Source of the DNA: Lachnospiraceae bacterium
GTDB taxonomy: Bacteria; Bacillota; Clostridia; Lachnospirales; Lachnospiraceae
Direction: 5' to 3'
Assembly: GCA_017432845.1 (NCBI GenBank)
Contig: JAFRIL010000242.1
Span: 1-39,686 of the forward strand
DNA length: 39,686 nt
In this document: piece by piece, positions 17,383 to 26,909 of the stretch
Numbering within the stretch: position 1 is the first letter of the stretch
How the letters are laid out: the number at the start of each line of letters is the position of its first letter
The notes under the pieces: model-generated
Told to the model about the DNA's origin: nothing
Databases searched by the model: none
The model's input: the letters and a program-made list of their open reading frames with translations, nothing else
Program-made: the position numbers and the translations under genes

Positions 17383-18545
17383 GAGATCCGCTTTCACAGA
17401 CAATAATAAACATCAAACCTTCGGGTATCAGAAAGTTTTTCGACATTGCGAGTGAGAGAAAAGATACGATCTCACTCGGTGTAGGTGAGCCTGATTTTGA
17501 TACACCCTGGCATATTAGGGACGAGGGCATATTCTCGCTTGAAAAGGGACGTACGTTCTATACTTCAAACTCCGGACTTATAGAACTTCGTAATGAGATA
17601 TGCGCTTATTACAAGAGAAGGTTCAAAGTTGATTATGATCCGAAGAGTGAGACAATCATAACCGTCGGAGGATCTGAGGCAATAGATATCGCGCTTCGGG
17701 CGATGATCGATCCGGGTGATGAGGTCATAATCCCCCAGCCGAGCTATGTCTCATATGAGCCGTGTGCGATACTTGCGGGTGCCAGGCCCGTTATCATTGA
17801 ACTGAAGAATGAGGATGAATTCCGTCTGACTGCCGCGCAGCTTGAGGAGGCCATAACGGACAGGACGAAGATACTGGTCCTTCCGTTCCCGAACAATCCG
17901 ACGGGCGCTATCATGGAAGAGTCCGATCTTGTTGCGATCGCGAAGATATGCGTCGAAAAGGACATCTTCGTGCTGTCGGATGAGATATATGCCGAACTGT
18001 CTTACAAAGGAGACCATGTAACGATAGCGTCGCTTCCCGGAATGCATGAGAGGACGATCGTGATCAACGGTTTCTCAAAGGCATATGCCATGACCGGATG
18101 GAGACTGGGCTATGCTCTCGGTCCCGCAAAGATCATCGAGCAGATGACGAAGATACATCAGTTTGCGATAATGTGCGCACCGACAACGAGCCAGTATGCG
18201 GCTGTCGAAGCTCTCAGGAACGGCGATGAAGACGTGAAGATGATGAGGACATCTTACGATCAGAGAAGAAAATTCCTTATGAACGCATTTTCTGAAATGG
18301 GTCTGCCGTGTTTTGAACCGTTCGGAGCGTTCTACGTATTTCCGGATATAAGGGAATTTGGTATGACAAGTGAGGAGTTTGCATTTGCGCTTCTTGATGC
18401 AAAGAATCTTGCGGTCGTTCCGGGTACGGCGTTCGGTGACTGCGGCGAAGGGTTCCTGCGTATTTCCTATGCTTACTCCATTGAAAAGCTCAGGATCGCG
18501 ATGGAAAGGATCGCGGAATTTGTGGAAGATCTTCGCAGCAAATAA
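17379..18545 (+). CDS. Class I/II PLP-dependent aminotransferase (AspC/AlaT-like)
   Basis: 388 aa. PLP-lysine context NGFSKAYAMTGWRLGY, PNNPTG, and the N-terminus IKPSGIRKFFD. Shares an ATGA overlap with the regulator gene. Confidence 0.9.
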   Translation: MRDPLSQTIINIKPSGIRKFFDIASERKDTISLGVGEPDFDTPWHIRDEGIFSLEKGRTFYTSNSGLIELRNEICAYYKRRFKVDYDPKSETIITVGGSEAIDIALRAMIDPGDEVIIPQPSYVSYEPCAILAGARPVIIELKNEDEFRLTAAQLEEAITDRTKILVLPFPNNPTGAIMEESDLVAIAKICVEKDIFVLSDEIYAELSYKGDHVTIASLPGMHERTIVINGFSKAYAMTGWRLGYALGPAKIIEQMTKIHQFAIMCAPTTSQYAAVEALRNGDEDVKMMRTSYDQRRKFLMNAFSEMGLPCFEPFGAFYVFPDIREFGMTSEEFAFALLDAKNLAVVPGTAFGDCGEGFLRISYAYSIEKLRIAMERIAEFVEDLRSK

Positions 18546-18548
18546 TGA

Positions 18549-19982
18549 TCAGTCGTCATCCTCATCGGTCCGGGATCTCGGAAGTGTGAAGATGAACTCG
18601 GTCCCGACATCGACCGTGGAGATGACGTTGATGTTTTCATGATGAGCATTTATTATTTCTTTTACTATGGACAGGCCAAGGCCTGTTCCTTTTTTGTCCT
18701 TGCCTCTGGAGTGATCGGTCTTGTAGAACCTGTCGAATATCTGCTTTAAGTTCTCCTTGGGTATACCGATACCCGAATCTTTAACCGATACGAATACCGT
18801 CTCGTTCTTTTCGCTTGTCTCAAGCCTGATGGCAGAGTCGGGTTTGCTGAACTTGATCGCGTTGTCTATCAGATTGTAGAGAACCTGCTCGATCTTGCCC
18901 TTGTCAGCCGACACATACAGCGACTCGCCGCTTAGCACCAGATTGAAGGTGATGTGTTTTTTCTTGCACGTGCCTTCGAATGTGGCAGCCGTATTCTTTA
19001 TTGTGGAATTGATGTCAAAATCCGAGATATCCAGATTCATTCCGGTGATGTTTAAGTTGTTGAGTGTAAGCAGATTGTTGGTAAGCTTTGTGAGGCGTTC
19101 CGTTTCATTCTTAACTATATTGAGATACTTCTCATGCTGTTCAACGGGAATGGTCCCGTCCGCCATCGCCTCCAGATATCCCTTCATCGATGTAAGCGGA
19201 GAGCGAAAATCATGGGACACGTTTGCGATGAACTTCTTCTGGTCGTCCTCAAAATGAGAGAGCTTGTCAGCCATATAAGTAAGTGAGGCAGCCAGGTATC
19301 CTATCTCATCGTTTTTGTCGATATCTATCGGATATGTGAAATCACCCTCCGCATATGCTTCTGTTGCTTTGGTGATCTTTTTGAGCGGGATGTAAACGAT
19401 ATCCGTAAACACGATCAGTATGAATGTGGACAGCACGAATATGACCGCGACCGTTGCAAGCATGATAAGGTTAAGGTCGTTTCGAAGCTCCCGTATCTTC
19501 GTAAGAGGAGAGTGGATGACGACATAACCTTTGAGATTGTAGTTGCTTGTGATCGGTGAGAGAACGGAAAGCATCTCCTCGGAAAAATGTCCGTAGAAGG
19601 TTCCCTCCCTGTAGAAGTTCCTGCTTGGGCCTTCGTCAAGAAATCCTTCGATCTTAAAAGATTTTCCGGAAGATCCTTCGGATGAGGAATTGTAGATCAC
19701 TTCACCGTCGGCGTTCATGATCCATATCGTCATCAGCGAAAAATCACCTGCCGCCTTAAGCTGCTTTGAGACATCATCCGTTGACAGGGTATCGTCATAG
19801 AAATACTTTGCGTATGTGCTTGAGATCTCATTCGCTGATTTGTACAGTTCGGTGGCTTTATGTTTGACGAGAAAACTGTAAGTGACCGGAGAGGTGATCG
19901 TAAGGAGCACGATGATGCAAAGAGCCGCAAAGCATACGTACGCAAGTATGAACTTGTAATACAGCTTGCGGTTTTTTTTCAT
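18549..19982 (-). CDS. Sensor histidine kinase (2 TM, extracytoplasmic loop, HAMP, HisKA, HATPase_c)
   Basis: Canonical H-box FIANVSHDFRSPLTSMKGY, N-box LYNLIDNAIKF, G1 DSGIGIP and G2 GTGLGLSIV. Confidence 0.9.
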   Translation of the reverse strand: MKKNRKLYYKFILAYVCFAALCIIVLLTITSPVTYSFLVKHKATELYKSANEISSTYAKYFYDDTLSTDDVSKQLKAAGDFSLMTIWIMNADGEVIYNSSSEGSSGKSFKIEGFLDEGPSRNFYREGTFYGHFSEEMLSVLSPITSNYNLKGYVVIHSPLTKIRELRNDLNLIMLATVAVIFVLSTFILIVFTDIVYIPLKKITKATEAYAEGDFTYPIDIDKNDEIGYLAASLTYMADKLSHFEDDQKKFIANVSHDFRSPLTSMKGYLEAMADGTIPVEQHEKYLNIVKNETERLTKLTNNLLTLNNLNITGMNLDISDFDINSTIKNTAATFEGTCKKKHITFNLVLSGESLYVSADKGKIEQVLYNLIDNAIKFSKPDSAIRLETSEKNETVFVSVKDSGIGIPKENLKQIFDRFYKTDHSRGKDKKGTGLGLSIVKEIINAHHENINVISTVDVGTEFIFTLPRSRTDEDDD

Positions 19983-20683
19983 ACCGAACGGGCCTCAAAC
20001 TTGTAACCGACTCCCCATACGGTGTGAAGACGCCATTCGCTGTGATCGCGGATCTTTTCGCGAAGACGCTTGATATGCACATCGACGGTCCTGGTGTCTC
20101 CCGCATATTCATATCCCCATATGTGATCGAGCAGCTGTTCGCGGGTGAACACCTGGTTCGGCTGCGAAGCAAGGAAGAACAGCAACTCTATCTCTTTGGG
20201 AGGCATGTCGAGATATCTGCCGTTATACAAAACGGAATAATCGTTAAGGCTAATGACAAGATCCGGATATTCGACGACCTTGGTATCGGAAGTGGGTGGC
20301 TCGACCTTTGACTGGGTGCAGCGCCTCAGCACGGCCTTGACTCTTGCAACGAGTTCCTTCGAATCGAAAGGTTTTTCCATGTAATCGTCCGCGCCGAGCT
20401 CTAATCCGAGTACCTTGTCAAACACCTCTCCTTTTGCGGAAAGCATGATGATCGGCGTGGGATTTTTGCTTCGGATCTCACGGCATACCTGATAGCCGTC
20501 TATGCCCGGGAGCATAAGGTCTAAAAGGATGAGGTTCGGCTCGTATGATTCGTATACGGACAGAGCGGACTCGCCGTCGTTTACAATCTTCGTGTCAAAG
20601 CACTCTTTTGTAAGGTACAGATCGATAAGCTCTGCGATATTCTCATCGTCGTCAACGATAAGGATCTTTTGTTTTCCTGCCAT
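19979..20683 (-). CDS. OmpR/PhoB-family response regulator
   Basis: Receiver domain (ILIVDDD ... LILLDLMLPGIDG ... IIMLSAKG) plus a winged-helix output (TRTVDVHIKRLREKI ... TVWGVGYKF). The stop overlaps the kinase start (ATGA). Confidence 0.9.
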   Translation of the reverse strand: MAGKQKILIVDDDENIAELIDLYLTKECFDTKIVNDGESALSVYESYEPNLILLDLMLPGIDGYQVCREIRSKNPTPIIMLSAKGEVFDKVLGLELGADDYMEKPFDSKELVARVKAVLRRCTQSKVEPPTSDTKVVEYPDLVISLNDYSVLYNGRYLDMPPKEIELLFFLASQPNQVFTREQLLDHIWGYEYAGDTRTVDVHIKRLREKIRDHSEWRLHTVWGVGYKFEARSV

Positions 20684-20700
20684 TGTAGATCTCCCTGGTG

Positions 20701-23058
20701 TTATTTGAATTCGACTATCGTAACTCCGGCATCTCCTTCGCCAAACTCTCCTGCCCGAAACGATGCAACATAAGAAACTTTCCGGAGGTGCTCGGTCACT
20801 GCCTTGCGCAATGCACCGGTTCCTTTTCCGTGTACTATCCTGACACTTGTAAGGTGGGAAAGGTAAGCATCGTCCAGGTACTTGTCAAGCTTCGGGACAG
20901 CCTCGTCAACTTTGAGCCCGATAAGGTTTAACTCGGAAGAGATACTTCCCGCTTTGGACAAACCCTTAACGCCGGCGCCCTTCTGACCGGAAGAGTGCTT
21001 GTGTGAAGACTCCTCTTCAGTGATCTTCAGATCGGAGATATTTGTATTTATATTTATAATACCACACTGCACCAAAAGATTCCCCTTGGCATCGGGAAGG
21101 CAGTGGACATGTCCGTCAAGATCCATCGAGAGTATATGTACGCTCGTCCCGAGCTTAAAATCAGAAGCCTTGTGAGTACCCTTGGCGGAGGGCTTTTTGG
21201 CAAGAGGATCCGACGTGTTCTTTCCGATCGCTTCCCGAAGACTGCGTCTGTCTTCTTCAAGCGTCCCTACGGAGGCACCGCTTTTGTTGATATTTCTTAT
21301 CGCTGAATCTGCAAGAGTCTTTGCATCTTTTAAAATAGTGCGGGCTTCTTCTTTGGCCTCGTTTATGATACGCTCTTTTTGCTCATCAAGCTTAACGCGA
21401 CGCCTTTCATACGTATCCTTCAGAACTTCTATATCATGCTTGTAGCGCTCTATCTCACGGTTTGCTTCTTCAAGAGTGTTACGGTCCCTCTCAAGGCGGG
21501 AGATGACATCTTCAAATGAGGAGTCGTTTTCCGAGATCTGCTCCCGGGCCCGGTCTATGACGGTATCCGGCAGTCCGAGACGCTTTGATATCGCAAATGC
21601 GTTGCTCTTTCCGGGTATGCCGGTTATGAGCCTGTATGTGGGGGCAAGGGACTCGACATCAAACTCGCATCCCGCGTTTTCGACACCTTTGGTATTCAGA
21701 GCATATATCTTCAGTTCGCTGTAGTGAGTCGTCGCCATCGTCCTTATCTGTTTTTTGTGAAAGTTCTCGAGGATCGATATGGCAAGTGCAGCCCCTTCGG
21801 TCGGGTCGGTTCCCGCACCGAGCTCATCAAACAGGCACAGACTCTTACTGTCGGCCTTCTTCATAATCTCAACGATATTCTTCATGTGGGATGAGAATGT
21901 TGACAGGCTCTGTTCGATGCTCTGCTCATCCCCGATATCGGCAAAGACCTCGGTAAATACGGTCAGCTCGCTTGTTTCGGCTGCAGGTATATGAAGGCCG
22001 GACTGCCCCATGAGCGACAACAGGCCGACGGTCTTTAATGATACGGTCTTACCTCCGGTATTGGGGCCCGTGATAACAAGAAGATCGTATCCGTCTCCCA
22101 AGGTGACATCTATCGGAACGGCTGTCTCCTTCGGAAGAAGAGGATGTCGTGCCTTGACAAGGCGCACGATACCCTTTTCGTTATAAACGGGCCTGTGGGC
22201 ATTTTGGTCAAGTGCAAGAGCGCCCTTTGCGAATATCAGGTCAAGCTCGGCAAGAGTTTCGATATCGGCTGACAGCTCATCCGTATGTTCGCGGCATTTA
22301 TCGGACAGGTCCGCAAGTATCAGCCTTATCTCTTCAGCCTCTTCAAGTTGGAGTCTTCTGAGCTCATTGTTGAGTTCCACTATCGCAGCGGGCTCTATGA
22401 AAAATGTTGAGGCCGAGGAGGACTGGTCGTGGATCATACCCGGGACATTGCTTTTATATTCTGCACGGACGGGAATACAGTACCTGTTGTCACGCATTGT
22501 TATCACAGCGTCCTGAAGATAGGTCCGGTAAGTATCGGATACCATTTTGGACAGTTGAGTGTGTATCCGGTCGTTGGCACTCTTTTGTTTTTTTCTTATC
22601 GAATGAAGGGTGGGGCTCGCATCATCGGCGATCTCGTCCTCCGAGAGGATACAACGTCTTATCTCCTTACACAGAGGTGAGAGCGGAGCAAGGACCAAAA
22701 ACAGATCAGACAGGGAATCGGGGGCGGCTTTTTCATTCTGGCCGTACGATCTTACCCGAAGTGTGTTCTCCAGAAGAAGGGCGAGGGATAAGAGTTCTTG
22801 GGTACCAAGACTGCTTCCCTTGCACAGCCTTTGCACCGACTCTTTCATATCGGATCTGGCATTAAAAGATACCGATCCGTCACGAAGGATCCGCCCCAGA
22901 GCGTCTTCGGTATTTTGCTGCAACAGGTCTATATCAAACAAAGATGAAGACGGCAGGAGCGAAGATGCCTTTTTGCGGCCGAGTTCCGAGGACGTATGCT
23001 CGCAAAGCATCCCTATGATCCTGTCGTATTCAAGGGTTTTCAGACATTTTTTGTTCAT
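20701..23058 (-). CDS. mutS2: Endonuclease MutS2 (MutS domain plus C-terminal Smr)
   Basis: Walker A GPNTGGKTV, DELGAGTDPTEGAAL, and the Smr tail VRIVHGKGTGALRKAV. I place the start at ATG 23058 (MNKKCLKTLEYDRI, typical of MutS2). The 53-codon extension in the supplied track has no homolog-like sequence and would overlap the divergent gene. Confidence 0.9.
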   Translation of the reverse strand: MNKKCLKTLEYDRIIGMLCEHTSSELGRKKASSLLPSSSLFDIDLLQQNTEDALGRILRDGSVSFNARSDMKESVQRLCKGSSLGTQELLSLALLLENTLRVRSYGQNEKAAPDSLSDLFLVLAPLSPLCKEIRRCILSEDEIADDASPTLHSIRKKQKSANDRIHTQLSKMVSDTYRTYLQDAVITMRDNRYCIPVRAEYKSNVPGMIHDQSSSASTFFIEPAAIVELNNELRRLQLEEAEEIRLILADLSDKCREHTDELSADIETLAELDLIFAKGALALDQNAHRPVYNEKGIVRLVKARHPLLPKETAVPIDVTLGDGYDLLVITGPNTGGKTVSLKTVGLLSLMGQSGLHIPAAETSELTVFTEVFADIGDEQSIEQSLSTFSSHMKNIVEIMKKADSKSLCLFDELGAGTDPTEGAALAISILENFHKKQIRTMATTHYSELKIYALNTKGVENAGCEFDVESLAPTYRLITGIPGKSNAFAISKRLGLPDTVIDRAREQISENDSSFEDVISRLERDRNTLEEANREIERYKHDIEVLKDTYERRRVKLDEQKERIINEAKEEARTILKDAKTLADSAIRNINKSGASVGTLEEDRRSLREAIGKNTSDPLAKKPSAKGTHKASDFKLGTSVHILSMDLDGHVHCLPDAKGNLLVQCGIININTNISDLKITEEESSHKHSSGQKGAGVKGLSKAGSISSELNLIGLKVDEAVPKLDKYLDDAYLSHLTSVRIVHGKGTGALRKAVTEHLRKVSYVASFRAGEFGEGDAGVTIVEFK

Positions 23059-23126
23059 GGCACACATTATGATATCAAAAATAGCGGGATGTGAACAGTC
23101 GTTTTGTTGACAGATACGGCTGTATA

Positions 23127-23155
23127 TTGTGATTTTGACACTTATTCTGTATAAT
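23127..23155 (+). promoter_or_regulatory. Sigma-A-type promoter candidate directly abutting the protease start codon
   Basis: TTGTGA (23127-23132), 17-nt spacer, TATAAT (23150-23155). The ATG at 23164 is only 8 nt downstream and there is no SD. Confidence 0.45.
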
Positions 23156-23163
23156 GAAAAACT

Positions 23164-24570
23164 ATGGAAGAAAAAGATCAGAACTACGAATTTATGACCG
23201 AAACGATCAAGAAGCATCCGGTGAACAAACGGAAGCTTTTTAGGAAGATATTCTCTACGATCATCCTCGGAATACTTTTCGGAGCCTGTGCCGCGGCCAC
23301 ATTTGTGATGTTTATGCCGCGTCTTCAGGCATACCTGTATCCGGTGGACGAGACCAAGCCGGTTTCCCTTCCGGTTGATGAGAGCATTCAGGAGGAGGAG
23401 CCGGTTGAGCCATTTGTCATGCCTGAAAATGACTCTTCAAATGATGCGGCAGATCCCGACAAGGCGCAGTCCCCAGAAGAGACAGCAAAGCCGGACGAAG
23501 ATGCGCAGGATACTTCCAAACCCGCCGATGCCGAAAAGCCTGAGGAAGAGAAGGAGGTTGTTGTCAACAACATAGTCGAGACCATAGAAAAGGATCTCGA
23601 GCTTGACGACTACCGCTCACTCCTTCGCAAGATATCAGCCATAGCCGATGCCACTTCAAAGAGTCTGGTTACGGTTGCGGGGGTCAGCTCCAATACAGAC
23701 TGGTTCAACAACTCATATGAGAACAACAATTCCACAACGGGTATCATAATCGCGGATAACGGAAAAGAGCTGCTGATCGTATCTCCTTCCGACATCCTTC
23801 ACAAGGCAAGGAACGTCAGGGTGACGTTCTGCGACGGGGTGACTTATCCGGCAAGAGTCAAGGATGCCGACATCAACACGGATCTTTGCATAGTATCGAT
23901 CGATCTTGAGCATATAGAAGAAAAGACGATGGAGCAGATAGAGATGGCGCAGTTCGGAGGTATCGCAACATCCGCGGTCGGCGTTCCGGTAGTAGCGGTC
24001 GGTTCTCCGTACGGTGCAGCGGGATCGGTCGGGATGGGACAGATCACATCCAATTCCGTGATAGTCGACAAATCGGATTCAAATGTCCGGATAATATCCA
24101 CTGATATTTATGCCAGTGTTGACGGCAGCGGTGTTCTCGTAAACTATAACGGACGTATAGTCGGTATCATCTGCCATGAGGATATGTCGGGAAATATGCC
24201 GAACCTTCTTCGTGCATATGCTGTATCGGACATATCGGACAGTATCGAGAAGATCTCGAACGGACAGAGTCTGGCGACTCTCGGGATAATCGGGACGGAT
24301 GTAACGCCAGAGGCAAATGCCGACAGAAACGTACCGTTCGGTGCATATGTTAAGGAGGTCATTGCCGATTCACCTGCGATGAATGTAGGGATCAGGAACG
24401 GAGATGTGATAGTCAAGTTCGGAACTACACAGATAGAATCGTTCTCTGATTACAAGAAGGCGATACTCGAATACCAGCCGCAGGATGTGGTCATGGTAAC
24501 GCTCGAGAGACCGGGTCGCGATGAGTATACGGAAATGACATATGAAGTGACACTGGAGGAACTTAAATGA
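23164..24570 (+). CDS. Membrane-anchored trypsin-like (S1C/HtrA-like) serine protease with PDZ domain
   Basis: It has an N-terminal TM (IILGILFGACAAATFVMFM), an acidic/Pro-rich linker, and a trypsin-fold core with the Ser region VDGSGVLVN and Asp region TDLCIVSI. The C-terminal PDZ reads GAYVKEVIADSPAMNVGIRNGDVIVKFG. Confidence 0.75.
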   Translation: MEEKDQNYEFMTETIKKHPVNKRKLFRKIFSTIILGILFGACAAATFVMFMPRLQAYLYPVDETKPVSLPVDESIQEEEPVEPFVMPENDSSNDAADPDKAQSPEETAKPDEDAQDTSKPADAEKPEEEKEVVVNNIVETIEKDLELDDYRSLLRKISAIADATSKSLVTVAGVSSNTDWFNNSYENNNSTTGIIIADNGKELLIVSPSDILHKARNVRVTFCDGVTYPARVKDADINTDLCIVSIDLEHIEEKTMEQIEMAQFGGIATSAVGVPVVAVGSPYGAAGSVGMGQITSNSVIVDKSDSNVRIISTDIYASVDGSGVLVNYNGRIVGIICHEDMSGNMPNLLRAYAVSDISDSIEKISNGQSLATLGIIGTDVTPEANADRNVPFGAYVKEVIADSPAMNVGIRNGDVIVKFGTTQIESFSDYKKAILEYQPQDVVMVTLERPGRDEYTEMTYEVTLEELK

Positions 24571-25511
24571 GATACATAGAAAGCTTCAGGGAAGGTGAGG
24601 GCATCAATGACATATATCTTGTAAGATCCAAGAGAAGTGATGTCACCAAGACCGGTAAGCCCTACGAAAAACTGGTTCTGACCGATAAGACCGGAAGCAT
24701 AGATGCAATGATATGGGATCCCAATTCAGCCGGGATAGATGATTTTGACGTGCTTGATTACATCCTCGTAAACGCAGTCGTAAACTCTTTCCAGGGAGCC
24801 AACCAGCTGAACATAAAACGCGTCAGGAAATGCAGTGAAGGTGAGTATGATCCGGCGGATTATCTGCCTGTGTCCCAGTATGATATCGAGAGTATGTGGA
24901 AAGAGCTTATGTCATATAAGGACAAAGTAAAGAATCCCCATCTTTCGGGACTGCTTGCCGCGTTTTTTGATGACGGTGGATTTGCCGCCGTATTCAAAAA
25001 GTGCTCCGCCGCAAAGGCGGTCCATCACGGATTCATAGGGGGGCTTTTGGAACATACTCTTTCCGTAACAAAGCTGTGTGAGTACTATACGAAAGCTTAT
25101 CCGCTTCTGAATGCGGATCTGCTTCTTACGGTAGCGATGCTTCATGATATAGGAAAGACAAGAGAGCTGTCTGATTTTCCGCAGAATGATTATACGGATG
25201 AGGGCCAGCTTTTGGGACATATTGTGATGGGTGCCCATATGGTAATGGAGAAAATGGACGCCATGGAAAGCTTTCCCGAGAAGCTGTATTCGGAAGTTAC
25301 CCACTGCATACTGGCACATCACGGAGAGTACGAATTCGGTTCTCCGAAAAAGCCGGCTATCATGGAAGCGGTAGCACTTCACTTTGCCGACAACACGGAC
25401 GCCAAGATGGAGACGATGAAGGAGATATTTGAGTCCACGGACAATGACGGATGGCTCGGTTTCAACAGACTGATCGATTCGAACATCCGCAAAACGTCAA
25501 AGACCGGGTAA
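24567..25511 (+). CDS. yhaM: 3'-5' exoribonuclease YhaM (OB-fold plus HD domain)
   Basis: OB-fold N-terminus (KPYEKLVLTDKTGSIDAMIWD) and HD domain strings (HHGFIGGLLEHTLSV, AMLHDIGK, ILAHHGEYEFGSPKKP). Shares an ATGA overlap with the protease gene. Confidence 0.8.
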   Translation: MRYIESFREGEGINDIYLVRSKRSDVTKTGKPYEKLVLTDKTGSIDAMIWDPNSAGIDDFDVLDYILVNAVVNSFQGANQLNIKRVRKCSEGEYDPADYLPVSQYDIESMWKELMSYKDKVKNPHLSGLLAAFFDDGGFAAVFKKCSAAKAVHHGFIGGLLEHTLSVTKLCEYYTKAYPLLNADLLLTVAMLHDIGKTRELSDFPQNDYTDEGQLLGHIVMGAHMVMEKMDAMESFPEKLYSEVTHCILAHHGEYEFGSPKKPAIMEAVALHFADNTDAKMETMKEIFESTDNDGWLGFNRLIDSNIRKTSKTG

Positions 25512-25513
25512 GG

Positions 25514-26905
25514 ATGATGGAGCATCAAAAGAACGAGATACTTACGGTTGTTATCGATGATATCGGAAGAGACGGTGAGGGTATAGGCAGATATGAAGGC
25601 TATACCCTTTTTGTTAAAGACGCTCTTTGTGGAGATACAGTTGAGGCAAAGCTTACCAAGGTCAAAAAGAATTACGCTTATGCCAGGTGCGAGAGGATAG
25701 TTATACCTTCGCCGGACAGGACAACACCTTTTTGTGATGATCACAGTAGGTGCGGAGGGTGCCAGATACAGGCGCTTTCCTACAAAGCACAGCTGAGCTT
25801 TAAGGAAAACAAAGTAAAAAACGATCTGATGCGCATTGCAGGACTGCCGGAAGATAGGATTGATGATGCGTATGACGGCATCATCGGGATGGATGACCCG
25901 GTAAGGTACAGAAACAAATCGCAGTATCCTGTGGGATGCACGGCCCGGGGTGAGATCGTTGCGGGATTTTATGCGAAAAGGACACATGACATCATCCCAT
26001 GCAGGGACTGCGGCATAGCGCCTTTTGAGAACGCGAAGATAGTAAGTGCGGTAGTTGATCATATGAGGCAGTACGGCATCAAGCCGTATGATGAAAAGGA
26101 CGGGAGTGGTACCATCCGGCATATTGTGATCAGAAAAGGATTTGCCACCGGACAGATAATGGTCTGTCTTGTCATAAAGCATTCCGGGAAGGGATCGCGG
26201 GACAAAGAGTATATCGCAGGACAAAAGGAACTTATTGAAAAACTTGATTCGATAGAAGGGGTGACATCAGTCTGTATATCGATAAACAACGAGAACACGA
26301 ATGTCATCATGGGAAAAGAGTCTGTAACGATCTTTGGAAGCAACACGATAAAGGATGAGCTTCTTGGCAAAACATTTGAGATCTCTCCGGAGTCGTTCTT
26401 CCAGGTAAATCCTGTACAGACCGAGAAGCTGTACACTGCTGCGATAGAGTATGCGGACCTTTCGGGCAATGAAGAAGTATGGGATATATGCTGCGGTATC
26501 GGAACGATATCGCTGTGCCTTGCGGATAAAGCGGGATCTGTTCACGGCCTGGAGATAGTTCCCGAAGCTATAGAAGATGCCGGGAAAAATGCCGCCGCAA
26601 ATAAAGTGGAGAATGCTGATTTTATATGCGCGGATGCGGCCGAATATCTGTACGATCACAAGGATGAGATAAAGGCCGATGTGATCGTTGTTGATCCGCC
26701 GAGAAAGGGCATGGAAGAGAAGGCGCTTTCGGCCATATGTGAGGTCTTTCCCAAGCGTATAGTATATGTCAGCTGTGACAGTGCCACGCTTTCGCGGGAC
26801 ATCAGATATCTTGCCGAAAAGGGGTATGATCTTAAGAAGTTTACATGCGTGGACATGTTCCCGCATTCGGTCCACATAGAAACCGCCTGCTTATTGGAAA
26901 GATGA
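25514..26905 (+). CDS. rlmD: 23S rRNA (uracil-C5)-methyltransferase, RumA/RlmD family
   Basis: TRAM-like N-terminus (IDDIGRDGEGIGRYEGYTLFVKDALCGDTVEAKL), Fe-S cysteines (FCDDHSRCGGCQ), and SAM-binding motifs DICCGIGTISL, VVDPPRKG and YVSCDSATL. The start is set at ATG 25514, just after the yhaM stop; the upstream extension in the track overlaps yhaM. Confidence 0.85.
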   Translation: MMEHQKNEILTVVIDDIGRDGEGIGRYEGYTLFVKDALCGDTVEAKLTKVKKNYAYARCERIVIPSPDRTTPFCDDHSRCGGCQIQALSYKAQLSFKENKVKNDLMRIAGLPEDRIDDAYDGIIGMDDPVRYRNKSQYPVGCTARGEIVAGFYAKRTHDIIPCRDCGIAPFENAKIVSAVVDHMRQYGIKPYDEKDGSGTIRHIVIRKGFATGQIMVCLVIKHSGKGSRDKEYIAGQKELIEKLDSIEGVTSVCISINNENTNVIMGKESVTIFGSNTIKDELLGKTFEISPESFFQVNPVQTEKLYTAAIEYADLSGNEEVWDICCGIGTISLCLADKAGSVHGLEIVPEAIEDAGKNAAANKVENADFICADAAEYLYDHKDEIKADVIVVDPPRKGMEEKALSAICEVFPKRIVYVSCDSATLSRDIRYLAEKGYDLKKFTCVDMFPHSVHIETACLLER

Positions 26906-26909
26906 AAAT

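Noticed and set aside
23059-23217. 53-codon N-terminal extension of mutS2 in the supplied track
   Set aside because: The extension (MLLDRFGHKFVVLIFFFHSF...) looks non-protein-like, covers the divergent promoter and overlaps the start of the protease gene. MutS2 proteins begin like MNKKCLKTLEYDRI.
25379-26224. 281-aa minus-strand ORF antisense to rlmD, and the 21-codon upstream extension of rlmD (25451-25513)
   Set aside because: The antisense ORF has no motifs. The extension overlaps the yhaM 3' end and is absent from the RumA N-terminal pattern, so ATG 25514 just after the yhaM stop is the sensible start.
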